The notes under the pieces are model-generated. The model worked only from the letters and a program-made list of their open reading frames with translations, was not told the DNA's origin and did not search any database. This document shows, piece after piece, positions 1-12,372 of a stretch of 64,000 nucleotides of DNA; position 1 is the stretch's first letter; every line of letters starts with the position of its first letter. Source of the DNA: Octopus bimaculoides (lineage: Eukaryota); contig NC_068997.1 in the NCBI RefSeq assembly GCF_001194135.2, positions 46,224,698 to 46,288,697 on the forward strand, given 5' to 3'. A program made the position numbers and the translations under genes.

Positions 1-340
1 GCCAGCTCACCACCTTTACTCATGCACACATTGACACAAACATACACAGGACGAACAGACATGTGCATTGATACAGACACATATACTCACACATATATGC
101 ATTTGCATTAATACATGCACACACACACACACATACACTGACACATACACACATAAACGGCTGAAGAGACACACACACACACACACATCAAAACATGGAC
201 ATAGATCTTGAAAAATTATTACAAAATATCAAATTAAAATAATTACATAAATATTCAATTAAAATTAAATTTAGATGGGAAATAATAACTATAATAAATG
301 TAATAAAATAAACATAAACCATGTCAAAATGCACACTCAC

Positions 341-478
341 CATTCTGCTTGCCATACCAAAAAGTTTGCTGATGGATACAACATCCATCCAGCTTCTGTC
401 AGTTTACCTAATGAATCAATGGCCATGTAGAAATTTTGTGATGGTGTGTTCTGGAATTTTATAGTTGATGGACCATTG
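341..478 (-). CDS. Gene 1 exon 5; gene continues beyond the window start
   Basis: ttctacag|C acceptor. NGPSTIKFQNTPSQNFYMAIDSLGKLTEAGWMLYPSANFLVWQAE, TG|gtgagt donor. Phase 2 to phase 2. Confidence 0.8.
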
Positions 479-869
479 CTGTAGAAAACAGAACAGAGGA
501 TGAGATGAAAATGAAAATTATTTAGACACATTTTCCACCCCTTAATTTATGCATTATTTATATCTGTATAATCATCTTCATCACCATTTAATGTCTTTTT
601 TTTTCAGGCTGGCATGGGTCAGACGATTTGATAAAGACGGTAAGCCAGAGGACTGCACCAAGCTCCAATGTCTGCTATGACACTGTTTCTACAGCTGGTT
701 GCCCTTCCTAATGCTAACCACTCGACTGAGTGTACTGGAACTGGGTGCTTTTAACATGGCACTAGTACCAGTGAGGTCACTAAGTAATTCACAAGACAAG
801 ACACCCTCAACTGAGGAGGTGTAGTATTGAGGGAGGAGGGGGCTTTATAAAAAGAAAAGGTAAACTTAC

Positions 870-1115
870 TTTCTCAAGTCATGCTGACTAGTAAGGGCTG
901 GTTTCCTGGTTTCATGGCATAAGGGCTGGTTTCCTGGTTTCATGGGACACTGGTCCATTACAGGATTACTCATTTTTGCCAGCTGAGTGGACTGGAGCAA
1001 TGTGAAATGAAGGGTTTTGCTCAAGAATACAACCTGTTACCTGATCCAGAAATTGAAATCACAATATTTCAATCATGAGTCCAACACCCTAACCACTAAG
1101 CCACACACCTCCATG
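870..1115 (-). mobile_element. CORE/MIR-like tRNA-derived SINE with an internal 28-bp tandem duplication
   Basis: gccagctgagtggactggagcaatgtgaaatgaagggttttgctcaagaatacaac CORE-like block and a reverse A-box ctaaccactaagcca. taagggctggtttcctggtttcatgg is repeated at 892 and 920. Confidence 0.6.
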
Positions 1116-2269
1116 AGGGGTCAACCCTTTAGTATTTAAACAGGTCATATCTGGCCCAAATATTCTACCTGTTTTATATTCAAACTAGCCAGATCTGGCC
1201 CCTCACACCATGCCTACAGCATCCTTTTAAAGATAAACAGTTACCTCATCAAAACCTCAAAGTTACAAGGTAATGCAAGATTAATTCAAAACATGTGAAT
1301 AATTAAGCATTACATGTGAACACTAAAGGGTTAAAGTATGATAGACAGACAGAAACAGGTGTCTTGCTCAAGAAGAGATACATGGCTACCCCATATTTAT
1401 ATTTATATAAATTAATCAACATGATAAATAAAATGCGAATGATGTGTAGATAGACTAATGGTGAAAAAGAGAGCAAGGGAAGGAAAGAGAAAGAGAGAGA
1501 CATAAATTGAAGGACAGATAGGTATTTTATTTAACTGTCAAACATATAGATATATTTACAATAACATGTCATTTATTTATATGCTCTTTATAGAGAGTTA
1601 CATGTTCATGAGACGCACAGGAGTGGTTGGGTGGCTGGTAGTCAAAAGTACTCATGAAATGAGGTTCGTGAATAGTCAGATAGCTAATCATACCTGTGAG
1701 CAACTGTATGTAATAAAAGGCTGAGACTAATGCTGCAGAGGTGGGCATATTAGTACTTCTATTATGACATTAATCCACAGGTTCAAGTGTTAGTAACTCT
1801 ATCATGACACTAATCTATAGGGGGACATTTAGTCCTTTTATCACACTGATTTTAAATTTTAGCATAAAGCCAGCAATTTCGGGGTGGTGGGATAAGTTGA
1901 TTACTATTAGATGCAAGCTACCTCAACACACATCACACACATGGTGACTACTTACAGCTAGGTGGACTGGGTATGAATCTCAGCTGTGAACACAGCCAAG
2001 AAAACCAGAACAAGAAAATAGGAGCTTGTTCCATAGGGAATGTTAAACTTCCAAAGGGTTTGACATTTTGCAGTGGTTATTATATTCATGTCATTAAACA
2101 TAACCTTTCATTGGCCTGAAACAATTACAAACAACAGCTTTCCATAACTGAAGTCATATTTACAATGCATGCCACAAGCTTTACAAACATAAAGAAAAGG
2201 GTCTCTATCATATGAACAGTCAGTCATCATGACTATCACTGTTTATGGCTTTGGCATGGCTTGATAAGC

Positions 2270-2670
2270 TTTCTCCATCCTGGTTGGTTGTTTGCTTGAG
2301 TTTGCTATTTATTATGATCATTTCCTTCCCATTTCTTATTCCTTTTTGCAGTATCTTTGAATCTCAATCTAGGTGTTCCATGGCTTCCTTTTCCCCTTGC
2401 ATAAATGGAAGTAAAGGATTTGTCTGGGGAGTCTGTTATCGTCCATCCTGTGTACATGGCCCAACCAATGTAAATTTCTATTAATGAAGATTTCTATCAT
2501 AGGAGGCAGACAGGATCTCGTCATTCCTGATCTTGTCAAAGAGAACAATATTCATAATTTGTTGCAATAGTCTTATCATATTTGCATGTAATTTGTCTAC
2601 TTGAACTTTATAGACTGTCTAGGTTTCAACTCCATACAATAGGAAAGAAAGCACTATAGCCTAGTGTACC
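2270..2670 (-). mobile_element. RTE-clade LINE, decayed ORF2 C-terminus
   Basis: Reverse strand reads WLGHVHRMDDNRLPRQILYFHLCKGKRK/GTPRLRFKD with frameshifts. Confidence 0.75.
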
Positions 2671-3047
2671 TGATATACCTATACATTTAATCTGTTAAAA
2701 ATCTCCAAATTACATTGTATTACCTTAGAAAAATAAAGGAGACATACTCATCTAAGATAATAATAAACCTGGATACATTAAATCTTAAGCAAAGGTGAGA
2801 TTGTCATGAATTGAACACCTTTGATCATAGATTTGCTCAATCAAGGCTGAATTGGCATTAACAACTGCAAGAAACACAGTTATTATATTCACAACATACA
2901 TAATATGATACATGGCTATCTTTAAGATTAAATTTCTCTCTTTTGCACTCAATAAGAAATAAATAAAAAAAACTTATTGAGGGTTGTCTGATTTTATCAC
3001 TGCAGCAAATGGGAAAAGGATAAGGATTGAAGAGAAATTTAACTCAC

Positions 3048-3199
3048 TGTAATACTGATTTACTATATGGTACTGCTGTTGCAAAGATGGTCAATGGTTT
3101 TGTGCACTGCTCTCCATCACAGTTCATGTCTTGAAGTGGTTCACCTGGACGCATCATGATAACTGCTCCTTTGTAACCAGCAGCCTGTACATTGGTGAT
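3048..3199 (-). CDS. Gene 1 exon 4, PA domain second half
   Basis: ctcgtag|ATC acceptor. ITNVQAAGYKGAVIMMRPGEPLQDMNCDGEQCTKPLTIFATAVPYSKSVL, CA|gtgagt donor. NVQAAGYKGAVI matches the PA-domain NAQ.AGA.GVII motif. Confidence 0.85.
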
Positions 3200-3863
3200 C
3201 TACGAGAATGGGAAGAGAGAGGGAAAGAGAGGGGGAAGAGAAAGTGAGATTTTGAAAGAAATTTTTGTAATCTTTATCATCATGAACAACATCATTATCA
3301 TGATCATTATCCCCTACCCAGTTATCTCCATCTTTAATGTAGTTTACTCCAGCCATAGCTCTTTGCGATTATGCCTGGCATCCTTTCTCTCAGTTTTGAT
3401 ATCTGTTGCCTCTTTCAATAATGTCAAAAGAGCCCCAAGTGATTTGTGTTGTGCGTGTGTGTGCTAATAGTTAAGAATAAGATGACCAATAGTTTTTTGG
3501 CACATGAATATAGTTTTCAATCTGTTGGCTTTCTTTGAAAAGTGAGTCTTTCTTCCATATGTGCATTCTTGCTTGGGTCTTTTTTGTTTAACAAACAGTT
3601 TTGCTTTTGCTGATTGTATAATATAATTCTTATCCAAGTAAAACGAGTTACGAGTTCTTTTCTTCTTCACTGGAATCTAGTCGAATATATTTCAATACTC
3701 TAGTACTGAAGGCTCAAATTACAATTACAACATTAATAAAGAAATATATATGTTTGTGTAAAGTGTGAACATGATAAAAGCTTGTGTGTTATAAAGAGGG
3801 TCTGTATGATCTTATGTGTTTGAAATTGTTCTAAGTTTATCTTATGTTTATTTAATGTAATAC

Positions 3864-4051
3864 CTGTTGAAAAATGCTGCAGCCATTATTGTAGACCAAA
3901 GCAACTTTGTCTGGCAGTGAAAGGTGGGGGATACGTTTGCAGCCATTCCATATTATGTCTAATTCAAGAGTCTTGTTGATGAACTTGTTTGGTGAAGGTA
4001 ACCAGTCATAACGTGCATCCAAGCGTTTCAAAGTGACTGGCAAATGATTTC
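3864..4051 (-). CDS. Gene 1 exon 3, PA domain first half
   Basis: cctacag|GA acceptor. NHLPVTLKRLDARYDWLPSP...DKVALVYNNGCSIFQQ|gtatta. KVALV..GC resembles the PA-domain KIALI.RG.C motif. Confidence 0.85.
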
Positions 4052-4218
4052 CTGTAGGAAGAAAATTCGTTCAAGCGTTTATAAAATAAAGGTGAATGGA
4101 AGAAAAGGGACGACGTAAGAGAGAATAAAGAGTCTCATCAGAGACAAAACAACTTCATAGATAATGTACACTTGACTATTATACTTGTATATCTATTTAA
4201 ATAGGTGTTAATCTCAAC

Positions 4219-4606
4219 GTGGAGGTGCAAAGGCCCAGTGGTTAGGGCAGCGGACTCGTGGTCATAGTATCACGGTTTCGATTCCCAGACTGGGCGTTGT
4301 GAGTGTTTATTGAACGAAAACACCTAAAGCTCCACGAGGCTCCGGCAGGGGATGGTGGTGAACCCTGCTGTACTCTTTCACCACAACTTTCTCTCACTCT
4401 TACATCCTGTTTCTGTTGAGCCTGTAATTCAAAGGGTCAGCCTTGTCGCACTGTGTCACGCTGAATCTCCTCTGAGAACTATGTTAAGGGTACATGTGTC
4501 TGTGGAGTGCTAAGCCACTTGCACGTTAATTTCACGAGCAGGCTGTTCCGTTGATCAGATCAACTGGAACCCTCGATGTCGTAAGCGACAGAGTGCCAAC
4601 AACAAC
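4219..4606 (+). mobile_element. tRNA-derived SINE (family D), full length, (CAA)n tail, 9-bp TSD
   Basis: A/B boxes (ggcccagtggttagg; ggtttcgattccc). aatctcaac is duplicated at 4210-4218 and 4607-4615. A second copy lies at ~20443-20740 on the minus strand. Confidence 0.85.
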
Positions 4607-5000
4607 AATCTCAACATTTATGTAGATATGGAAGCGGTGAGCTGGCAGAACCATTAGCAAACCAAGCAAAATGCTTCATGACATTTCATATGTCTTTATG
4701 TTCTGAGTTCAAATTCTGCCAAGGTTGATTTTACCTTTCATCCTTTTGTGGTTGATAAAATGAATATCATTTGAGAACTGGAGTTGATGTAATCGGCTAA
4801 CACTTGCCCCCATCGAATTTGCTGGCCTTGTGTCAAAATTTGAAACCAATATTTATCTGGGTACGCTTTGACTTGAGCCTTGTCTCCCTATGGTGTTATG
4901 CTAAAAATCACAAAGCACACTCTAAAAAATAGTCGGCAAAAGGAAGGATATTAATAAAAGAACAACATAAAAATAATAATAGCAACAACATGAATATTAC

Positions 5001-5158
5001 CTTTAAAATTAATGATCACTTGGTCATACCCACAACCATGGTCAGAACATGCCCATTCATTCAAGCAGTCAGGAATCCAATTGGTCAAATTTGACACAGA
5101 CTGGATAGCAAAGTGAAAATTTTTATGATTGGATTTCCAATTGGAACTTGACTTGGTA
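5001..5158 (-). CDS. Gene 1 exon 2
   Basis: ttttaccag|T acceptor. TKSSSNWKSNHKNFHFAIQSVSNLTNWIPDCLNEWACSDHGCGYDQVIINFK. G|gtaata donor. Phase 2 to phase 1, compatible with both neighbours. Confidence 0.85.
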
Positions 5159-5329
5159 CTGGTAAAATAGTAAAAATTAAAATAAGGGTAGGGATAGAGT
5201 AAACAAATAGTGAAACTTAAAAAAAAAAAATTTGATAATAAAAAAAAAATTTCTTAATTAAAAAAAGTTATTAAAAAAATATGCATATAAAAAAAAATTG
5301 TTTAATGTTTCAGATTGAAATCTAGTTTA

Positions 5330-5710
5330 GGTCATGCATAGCTGTGTGGTAAGATATTTGCTTCCCAACCACAAGGTTTTGGGTTCAGTCCTACAGTGTA
5401 GCAGCTTGGGGAAGTGTTTTCTACTATAGCCTCGGGCTGACCAAAGCCATGTGAGTGGATTTGGTTGACAGAAACTGAAAGAAGCCTGCCATATATATGT
5501 GTGTGTGTGTGTGTGTGTTTGTCCCCCATGCCACTTGACAACTGGTGTTGGTGTGTCTGTCTCCAAAACTTAGTGGTTTGGCAAAAGAAACTGATAAAAT
5601 AAGTACCAGGCTTAAACCAAAAAGAGTACTGGGGTTAATTTGTTTAACTAAAATTCTTCAAGGTGGTGCCCCAGCATGACCGCAGTCTAATGACTGAAAC
5701 ATGTAAAAGA
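5330..5710 (+). mobile_element. tRNA-derived SINE family A (internal TA/TG microsatellite), representative copy
   Basis: gctgtgtggtaag A-box, gggttcagtcc B-box, gaaactgaaagaagcc core, cagcatgaccgcagtctaatgactgaaac tail. Other copies at ~10462-10836(-), 13640-13945(+), 22343-22545(-), 38724-39117(+), 40880-41060(-), 55165-55445(+), 55850-56190(-), 56590-56920(+), 57430-57680(-), 61515-61845(-). Confidence 0.8.
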
Positions 5711-6329
5711 TAGAAGAGATAAAAAGTTAAAGATTGAAGATCAATGAACAAAGAGATTTAATTTATGCTACACAGATAATGTACACTTGACTATTATACT
5801 TGTATATCTGTTTAAATAGGTCTTAATCTCAATATTAATGTAGATATGATTTGTCTAGGGCCCTCAGCTCTCTATGAAGTCACAAGGGAACTGTCATGTT
5901 TATTTTGACCAGTCAAAGTCTTCATTTCCATAACTCAGCTTTGTATTATAGAAATAGACAAAAACATGTCATTTAGTCAGATAATGTCTGGCATTCAAAA
6001 ACGGACAACACCATGTCAGAAAACTGTTGTCCAACCATTAGGCAGTGACAGCCACTGTTGTCACCTTGCCACAACACAACCACAGCCACATGGCTCCTAT
6101 TGTCACAACCTGTTAACAATAGCATGCACCATAACACATTAGCCTCTTGAGTTTCCTACTTGTGAAGAACTGCTATCAGCAGGTGTGCATAGATAGATAG
6201 ATAGATGGATGGATGGATGGATGAAGGGAAACACACACTCACACACACAAAAGTCTAGTGCTGTGAGAACACATGGGTATGACGTTTCTTTACTTTTTCA
6301 AATATACCCAAATTAAAAATGATTTAATA

Positions 6330-6694
6330 CAGAGATTCTCAAACTTTTGGGGCCACCGCCCCCGTCATGGCCACATAATACCCTCAGCGCCCCCCGGAAA
6401 GAAAAGATCTCTTTAGTGTTGCATCAACAATTTGTGATCTGACACCATTATTTTGAATATTTTCTTCTCGAGATACCCTAACCAGTCGGTCATGAGCAGC
6501 GGAAACAGAATCATGTCTACATCTCCGTGCATATTCAGATATCTGTTTCAGTCGCTTTGCCCTGGTTTCATTTGATTCAGTTGTCCGTCTTTCTCTCTGC
6601 CGTTGTGCTTTTGCTGCTAAATTTTCTCTTTCAGTCACATATTATATATAAATGAAAGTTCGTTAAAAACTATCTTGTTTAGCGTGCTAGAAAT
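6330..6694. mobile_element. hAT-type left end followed by an antisense STPR-repeat (Helitron-like) ORF fragment; truncated by a gap
   Basis: CAGAGATTCTCAAAC TIR-like start at 6330. Minus ORF 6384-6638 contains ESNETRAKRLKQISEYARRCRHD (23 aa). Confidence 0.45.
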
Positions 6695-7335
6695 NNNNNN
6701 NNNNNNNNNNNNNNNNNNNNNNNNNNNNNNNNNNNNNNNNNNNNNNNNNNNNNNNNNNNNNNNNNNNTGAAACATTCAAACACTGAGACTTGAAGTTAGA
6801 TGTTACTACTGTTCATATCATCTGTGGATAAATTCTAAATTTGATGATATCACCAGCAGTGACATGGGTGGATCGCAGTTATAATAGCTTTAAATAGCTA
6901 TGAATTATATATTTGCACGAAGCGTAATGATGCTTAACAAGCATCTACCTGCTAGAAATAAGAGCTAAGTCTTAAATTAATCCACCGTAGCGCACCAATA
7001 TAACAGAGAAAAAAAATATATATATATACCGGTATATTGAAGAATTTTAATCTTATCAAAAATATTCATTTAACAAACTCCGGAAACTGATAATATTCTT
7101 GAAATTGTGCCTCGTATCAAAGTTATATGGCTATTATTAAATCATCATTAATGAAAACAGAGGCGAGCGAGAATAAGAGATTGATGTAAATAAAAACGTA
7201 AACTGTTGCCTGCGACGAATTAAGGAAAGATAGATAAATAAGGATGTACCCCAGTCAACTGACTTGAACCAGGAAAAGAGACAGCAAAAGAGAAAGAATG
7301 AAAGACAGATAAGAATTGAGTGAGAAAGATATTAC

Positions 7336-7847
7336 CCCAATGATTCTAGACGTTTGTATAACCATTTAGCCTTCAATAAAGGATCTTCGTTTCCCGAAGG
7401 TAGAAACACGTAGTGTATATCTTCGAGTTTGCTCTGGACGAGTGGAAGTAAGGCTTCATTCGAGTGCCACATACAGTCGACATAACTGGACTGGTTATCG
7501 AAGACTACAAATATGAGAGAACTGTTGGCGAATAAAGCACTCGGATATTTCAAAGTTCCTTCCAAGCTATTCAAAACAAACGGAGGAGCCTTGTCGTTCG
7601 GTATGTAAGTAAACCTGCCGAAACCATCAGTAGGTCGTTTGGGATTTTCGTGATGTTGCCGGGCCTTCAGGTTCTTCAGGGCCACATTGTTCCGAAAACT
7701 TCGCAACTGACCCCTATGGGAAGTTGATAATTTCTGTACGTCCCTTCCGGGAATGGTTTGATGTTGGAGTTGGTATTCACCGACAGAGAGACCAAACAAA
7801 AGATATACACTAAGTGTTAAGTAAGTTAGATGCATAAGAGTAGCCAT
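7336..7847 (-). CDS. Gene 1 exon 1: secreted PA-domain protein (signal peptide plus redoxin-like N-terminal motif)
   Basis: ATG at 7847 starts a hydrophobic signal peptide (MATLMHLTYLTLSVYLLFGLSVG). Contains PNDKAPPFVLNSLEG. Ends TTG GG|gtaata, phase 2. Joins in frame to 5158. Confidence 0.85.
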
Positions 7848-8779
7848 TGTATGAGGCTTTGATAAAACTGAACTTCAAACTTGCGCTTTGACAGAAGTAA
7901 ACACACCACTGTCCTCGTCACAATTTATATCTCTATCACTACTAACATCCAATCCAAACACGCTCTAGTAATTGGTTGTCAAGCGTGATCTCCCTTGATT
8001 TAGAATACCTACATATATTCACACATACGTGTGTGTGTGTATATATATATATACAAAATTAAGAGGAATGACCAGCAAAAGTGGATTCCTATATACTAGA
8101 AATAGATGCCAAATCACCTAACTACGAAGAATATGTTCTCAAGAAATATTCTTTGTGGTTAGGTGATTTGGCATCTATTTCTAGCATANNNNNNNNNNNN
8201 NNNNNNNNNNNNNNNNNNNNNNNNNNNNNNNNNNNNNNNNNNNNNNNNNNNNNNNNNNNNNNNNNNNNNNNNNNNNNNNNNNNNNNNNNNNNNNNNNNNN
8301 NNNNNNNNNNNNNNNNNNNNNNNNNNNNNNNNNNNNNNNNNNNNNNNTATTACTTCTAGTAAAATTAAAGAATAAGAAACTTTTAACTTAAAATATTGCA
8401 GCAAAGAATGCCAGTTCTTCTAATTTATCACTCTTTACAGTTCTCATCTTTCAAATTTATTGTACAAAACTGTTCAGCTAATTAGTAAGCTTGTCTAATT
8501 AGTCACTTTTTTTTTGTATTTAAGGTAGTAAATTAGCCAAATTCTACTTAAATAAGTATAGTGTTATTTGTAAACTATAATAAAATAAGTTTTAATATTC
8601 AAATTTTAATTTTAGCTGCAATATTTTAAGTAAAAAGTTTCTTATTCTTTACTAGAAGTAATAGCTTGTCCTATACTTTTACAGGTGTAATAACTTGTAC
8701 TGTGCTTTTCCAGGTTTATAATCTTAAGAATATGACTCATCATGCATGCATTTTTCCATGTAATCCATGATTTTTCCAG

Positions 8780-9586
8780 GCATTGCTGTTATAAGATAAT
8801 ATCGCATTACAAAGACGGTATTGACCACAAATTAATAAATGAATGTTATCAGTTCAAAACGTATTGACACCTTAGGAAATCCCAGAACACAGAAGAAAAC
8901 ATACCATCTAAAATGCAATGCACAAAAGTTCTTCAGCTTATTTATGAGCAACAATTAATTGAAGTGTCCCCTAATATTACCACTGCACATAAGCTGTATT
9001 TGACAATGCCTATCACTAGCTGTAAAGCAGAAAGGAGTTCCTCAAAGCTTTCCTTTGTTAAGAGTAAATTTCAGTCTACCATGACGGAAGAACGCTTAAA
9101 TTCCTTATGCATATTATCTCTAGAGAATGACATTGCAAGGAAGCTGTCATGTGACAAAACTGTTGCTACAAAAACAAAAAAAAACCCCCAGAAAAAAAAG
9201 AGTATTTTGTAATTTTCATATGTATTTTAATGATGCACCATTCATGTATGTAACGCTTCCCTAATTTTCAACCCCCATAACTCTAAAAGTATAAGGCATA
9301 GCTTTGAGAATATTTGTAGTGATCTGCCATGGAACAACCACATCAACAAAGATATCGGTGATTACCCACATCTCGTTTCTGATGGAAAGAAGGCTCACTT
9401 TCAGACTCATTTTTAAGGACTCCACGTCACAACATTTGGGCTATCAGGGCATCAAGCTGGAGTTCCTTGCAAGGGTACGAAAATTCTTTGACCCTTGTTG
9501 GATGTTATCCTACCGTTACCAGCTGTAAAGCCCCCCCCCCCTAACATTTTAAGCTTCAGGCTCCCAATATTGTAGATCTGCCATTG
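8780..9586 (+). mobile_element. hAT (Tip100/ZMYM1-like) transposon remnant, C-terminal dimerisation domain
   Basis: PNITTAHKLYLTMPITSCKAERSSSKLSFVKSKFQSTMTEERLNSLCILSLE. Right end agatctgccattg resembles a CAGTGGCGGATCT TIR. 9300-9525 looks like an inserted CR1-like scrap (SDLPWNNHINK). Confidence 0.8.
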
Positions 9587-10214
9587 GTTATATGTATGTA
9601 TATCTATATAATTACATGAAGTTAAATATATGTCCGGTCATAGTGGGACCAGTGGCATCGTGCCCATAAACCGCTTAGCTTTATAGATCACACATTAAAC
9701 TCCAATGACCGCAGGCATATAACCTCTCTTCGAACTGGAGGTAGAAATTAACTGACCGTTACGGGCAGTTAATTTGTAAACAAAACTGCTTGAGCCTTAA
9801 AACGGGACGAGTTATCTCCCTTAGACCAGTTCGGTCTTCGACTTCAGACATGTCTTGAGTTCGATTATTGATTTGCTTGCGCCGTAAGGTTAGTAATTGT
9901 GTTTAAAAATTTGCTGTTATTGTTGTATTTATATTTGTTGGTTTCCCGTAAGGGAAATACTGTTGTATTACTGCTATCGCAATTGTGTGAACTGTGACCT
10001 TTGGCGGGAAGGAATACTTTGTCAACTTTTGAACTGTGCTTCCGTTTTTGGAAATTGCGAAATTATTTCTCCGTCATACGGAATTGTTTAATTGTAAAAA
10101 CGTCTGCACTTGAAGAAAAGTCAACAATGAATTTTGCGGTGGTGATAATCTATTATTAGAATGCTTTGTTTCATGTAATCTTGTGTGGTTAACAAGACTG
10201 CTTTTGTATTTCAG

Positions 10215-11485
10215 ATAAGAGACCTTTTGTACACTGTGATATTGTTGCACATAATGAGAAAGATCTTTAAACTTTATTGGATAACATTTCATTAACAAGT
10301 AATCTGTGAGGCCTGACAATAATATTGATAAAATAGTTATGCTTATAAAAAACATTGGAAAGCTTTGCGTGGATCCTAAAATAACAGTCAATGGTAAAAC
10401 TTGGGAAAACATATCTTCCTTCAAATATCTTGGCAACATGCTAAATAAAGATACTCTTTACTCTTTTGTTTCAGTCATTTGACTGCGGCCATGCTGGAGC
10501 AACGCCTTTAGTCGAACAAATCGACCCCGGGACTTATTCTTTGGAAGCCTAGTACTTATTCTATCGGTCGCTCTTGCCGAACTGCTAAGTTATGGGGACG
10601 TAAATACACCACCATCGGTTGTCAAGCGATGCTGGGGGGACAAACACACATATATATATATATATACATATATACGACGGGCTTCTTTCAGTTTCCGTCT
10701 ACCAAATCCACTCACAAGGGTTTGGTAGGCCCGAGGTTATAGTAGGAGACACTTGCCCAAAGTGCCACGCAGTAGGAATGAACCCGGAACCACGTGGTTG
10801 GTAAGCAAGCTACTTACCACACAGCCACTCCTGCGCCTGATGTAAAGATGTAAATCTTTATGGCAAAATTGCAAATATAATTCAGAAATCATAAATATCT
10901 TTTGGATAATTACAGTCTTCATAATGGTCTCAATGATGTATAGAAATGTGACACAACGATAGCTGTTTTCCAAAACATGCATTTTGGAGTATGTGTGTAT
11001 AAATGTATACTTCTTCCGTATTGTATGACACACTGGCACTCTCATGATTCCACCAGGAGTNNNNNNNNNNNNNNNNNNNNNNNNNNNNNNNNNNNNNNNN
11101 NNNNNNNNNNNNNNNNNNNNNNNNNNNNNNNNNNNNNNNNNNNNNNNNNNNNNNNNNNNNNNNNNNNNNNNNNNNNNNNNNNNNNNNNNNNNNNNNNNNN
11201 NNNNNNNNNNNNNNNNNNNNNNNNNNNNNNNNNNNNNNNNNNNNNNNNNNNNNNNNNNNNNNNNNNNNNNNNNNNNNNNNNNNNNNNNNNNNNNNNNAAA
11301 GTAGCTTCTCAAATCATTCCATACTATCTTAAAAAAGGAGAGCAGATTGGACAAAGCAGTCCAAGATATGTTATGTCTGCAGGAAAAAAAAAAACAAAGA
11401 GCATGATGGTTCTGGTTGAAAGACCTTTGATGGCAGGTCTGCTGGACTGAGATCAACTTAGTATTAAACAACAAGAACAACAACT
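10215..11485 (+). mobile_element. 5'-truncated RTE-clade LINE remnant, interrupted by a family A SINE and a gap
   Basis: DIVAHNEKDL*TLLDNIS...GLTI...PKITVNGKTWENISSFKYLGN (late RT domain), decayed C-terminus after the gap and a (CAA)-like tail. Confidence 0.65.
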
Positions 11486-11799
11486 ATACCCTTAGGGAAG
11501 TTTTAATTACTTGACAAACAAAAATATAGATTTCTGAGGATTTATTTATTAGAAAAAAAAAAAAAGAAAAAAAACAACAGAAAAATACAAACAAAATAAA
11601 AGTGTTATCACACGTGATTTTTGTAAATTAAAAAGAAAAAAGTATAAAACCATTTTATTTTGTAATTTTTGAAAAAATATTTGCTTTAAATATAAGCAAC
11701 AAAATAAAAAAAAAATGTAAAAGCATGTAAAAAAGATACCCACTCGTTTATTTCCATGGTATAGGTGTAAATATAAATATAACTGGTAAGTAGATCAGT

Positions 11800-11933
11800 G
11801 CAGGTGTATGTGTGTCTATACATATATATATTTATAATATAAAGAAATATATATATATACACGCACACACATATATATATATATATATAACATACATACG
11901 TATATATACACATACATACAAATATATATACAC

Positions 11934-11976
<43 letters not shown>

Positions 11977-12201
11977 TATATATACACATACATATATATA
12001 TACACATACATATATATATACACATACATATATATATACACATACATATATATATATACACATACATATATATATATATATACACATACATATATATATA
12101 TATATACACATACATATATANNNNNNNNNNNNNNNNNNNNNNNNNNNNNNNNNNNNNNNNNNNNNNNNNNNNNNNNNNNNNNNNNNNNNNNNNNNNNNNN
12201 N

Positions 12202-12258
<57 letters not shown>

Positions 12259-12370
12259 CATACATATATATATATATATACACATATACATACATATATA
12301 CACATGCAGATATATACGTATATCTACACATACATATATATATACACATACATACATACATATATATATT
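11800..12370. repeat. Compound (TA)n/(TACA)n microsatellite with gap
   Basis: Directly visible. It is the source of the YIYI-type spurious ORFs. Confidence 0.95.
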
Positions 12371-12372
12371 CA

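Noticed and set aside
4219-4290. tRNA-like A and B boxes here and at 5330, 13640 and 38724 as tRNA genes
   Set aside because: They continue directly into SINE bodies and lack a complete cloverleaf.
9766-9790. AATTTGT as an Sm site of U7 or spliced-leader RNA
   Set aside because: It lacks the following U7 bases and 3' stem-loop, and the motif is simply one arm of the palindrome.
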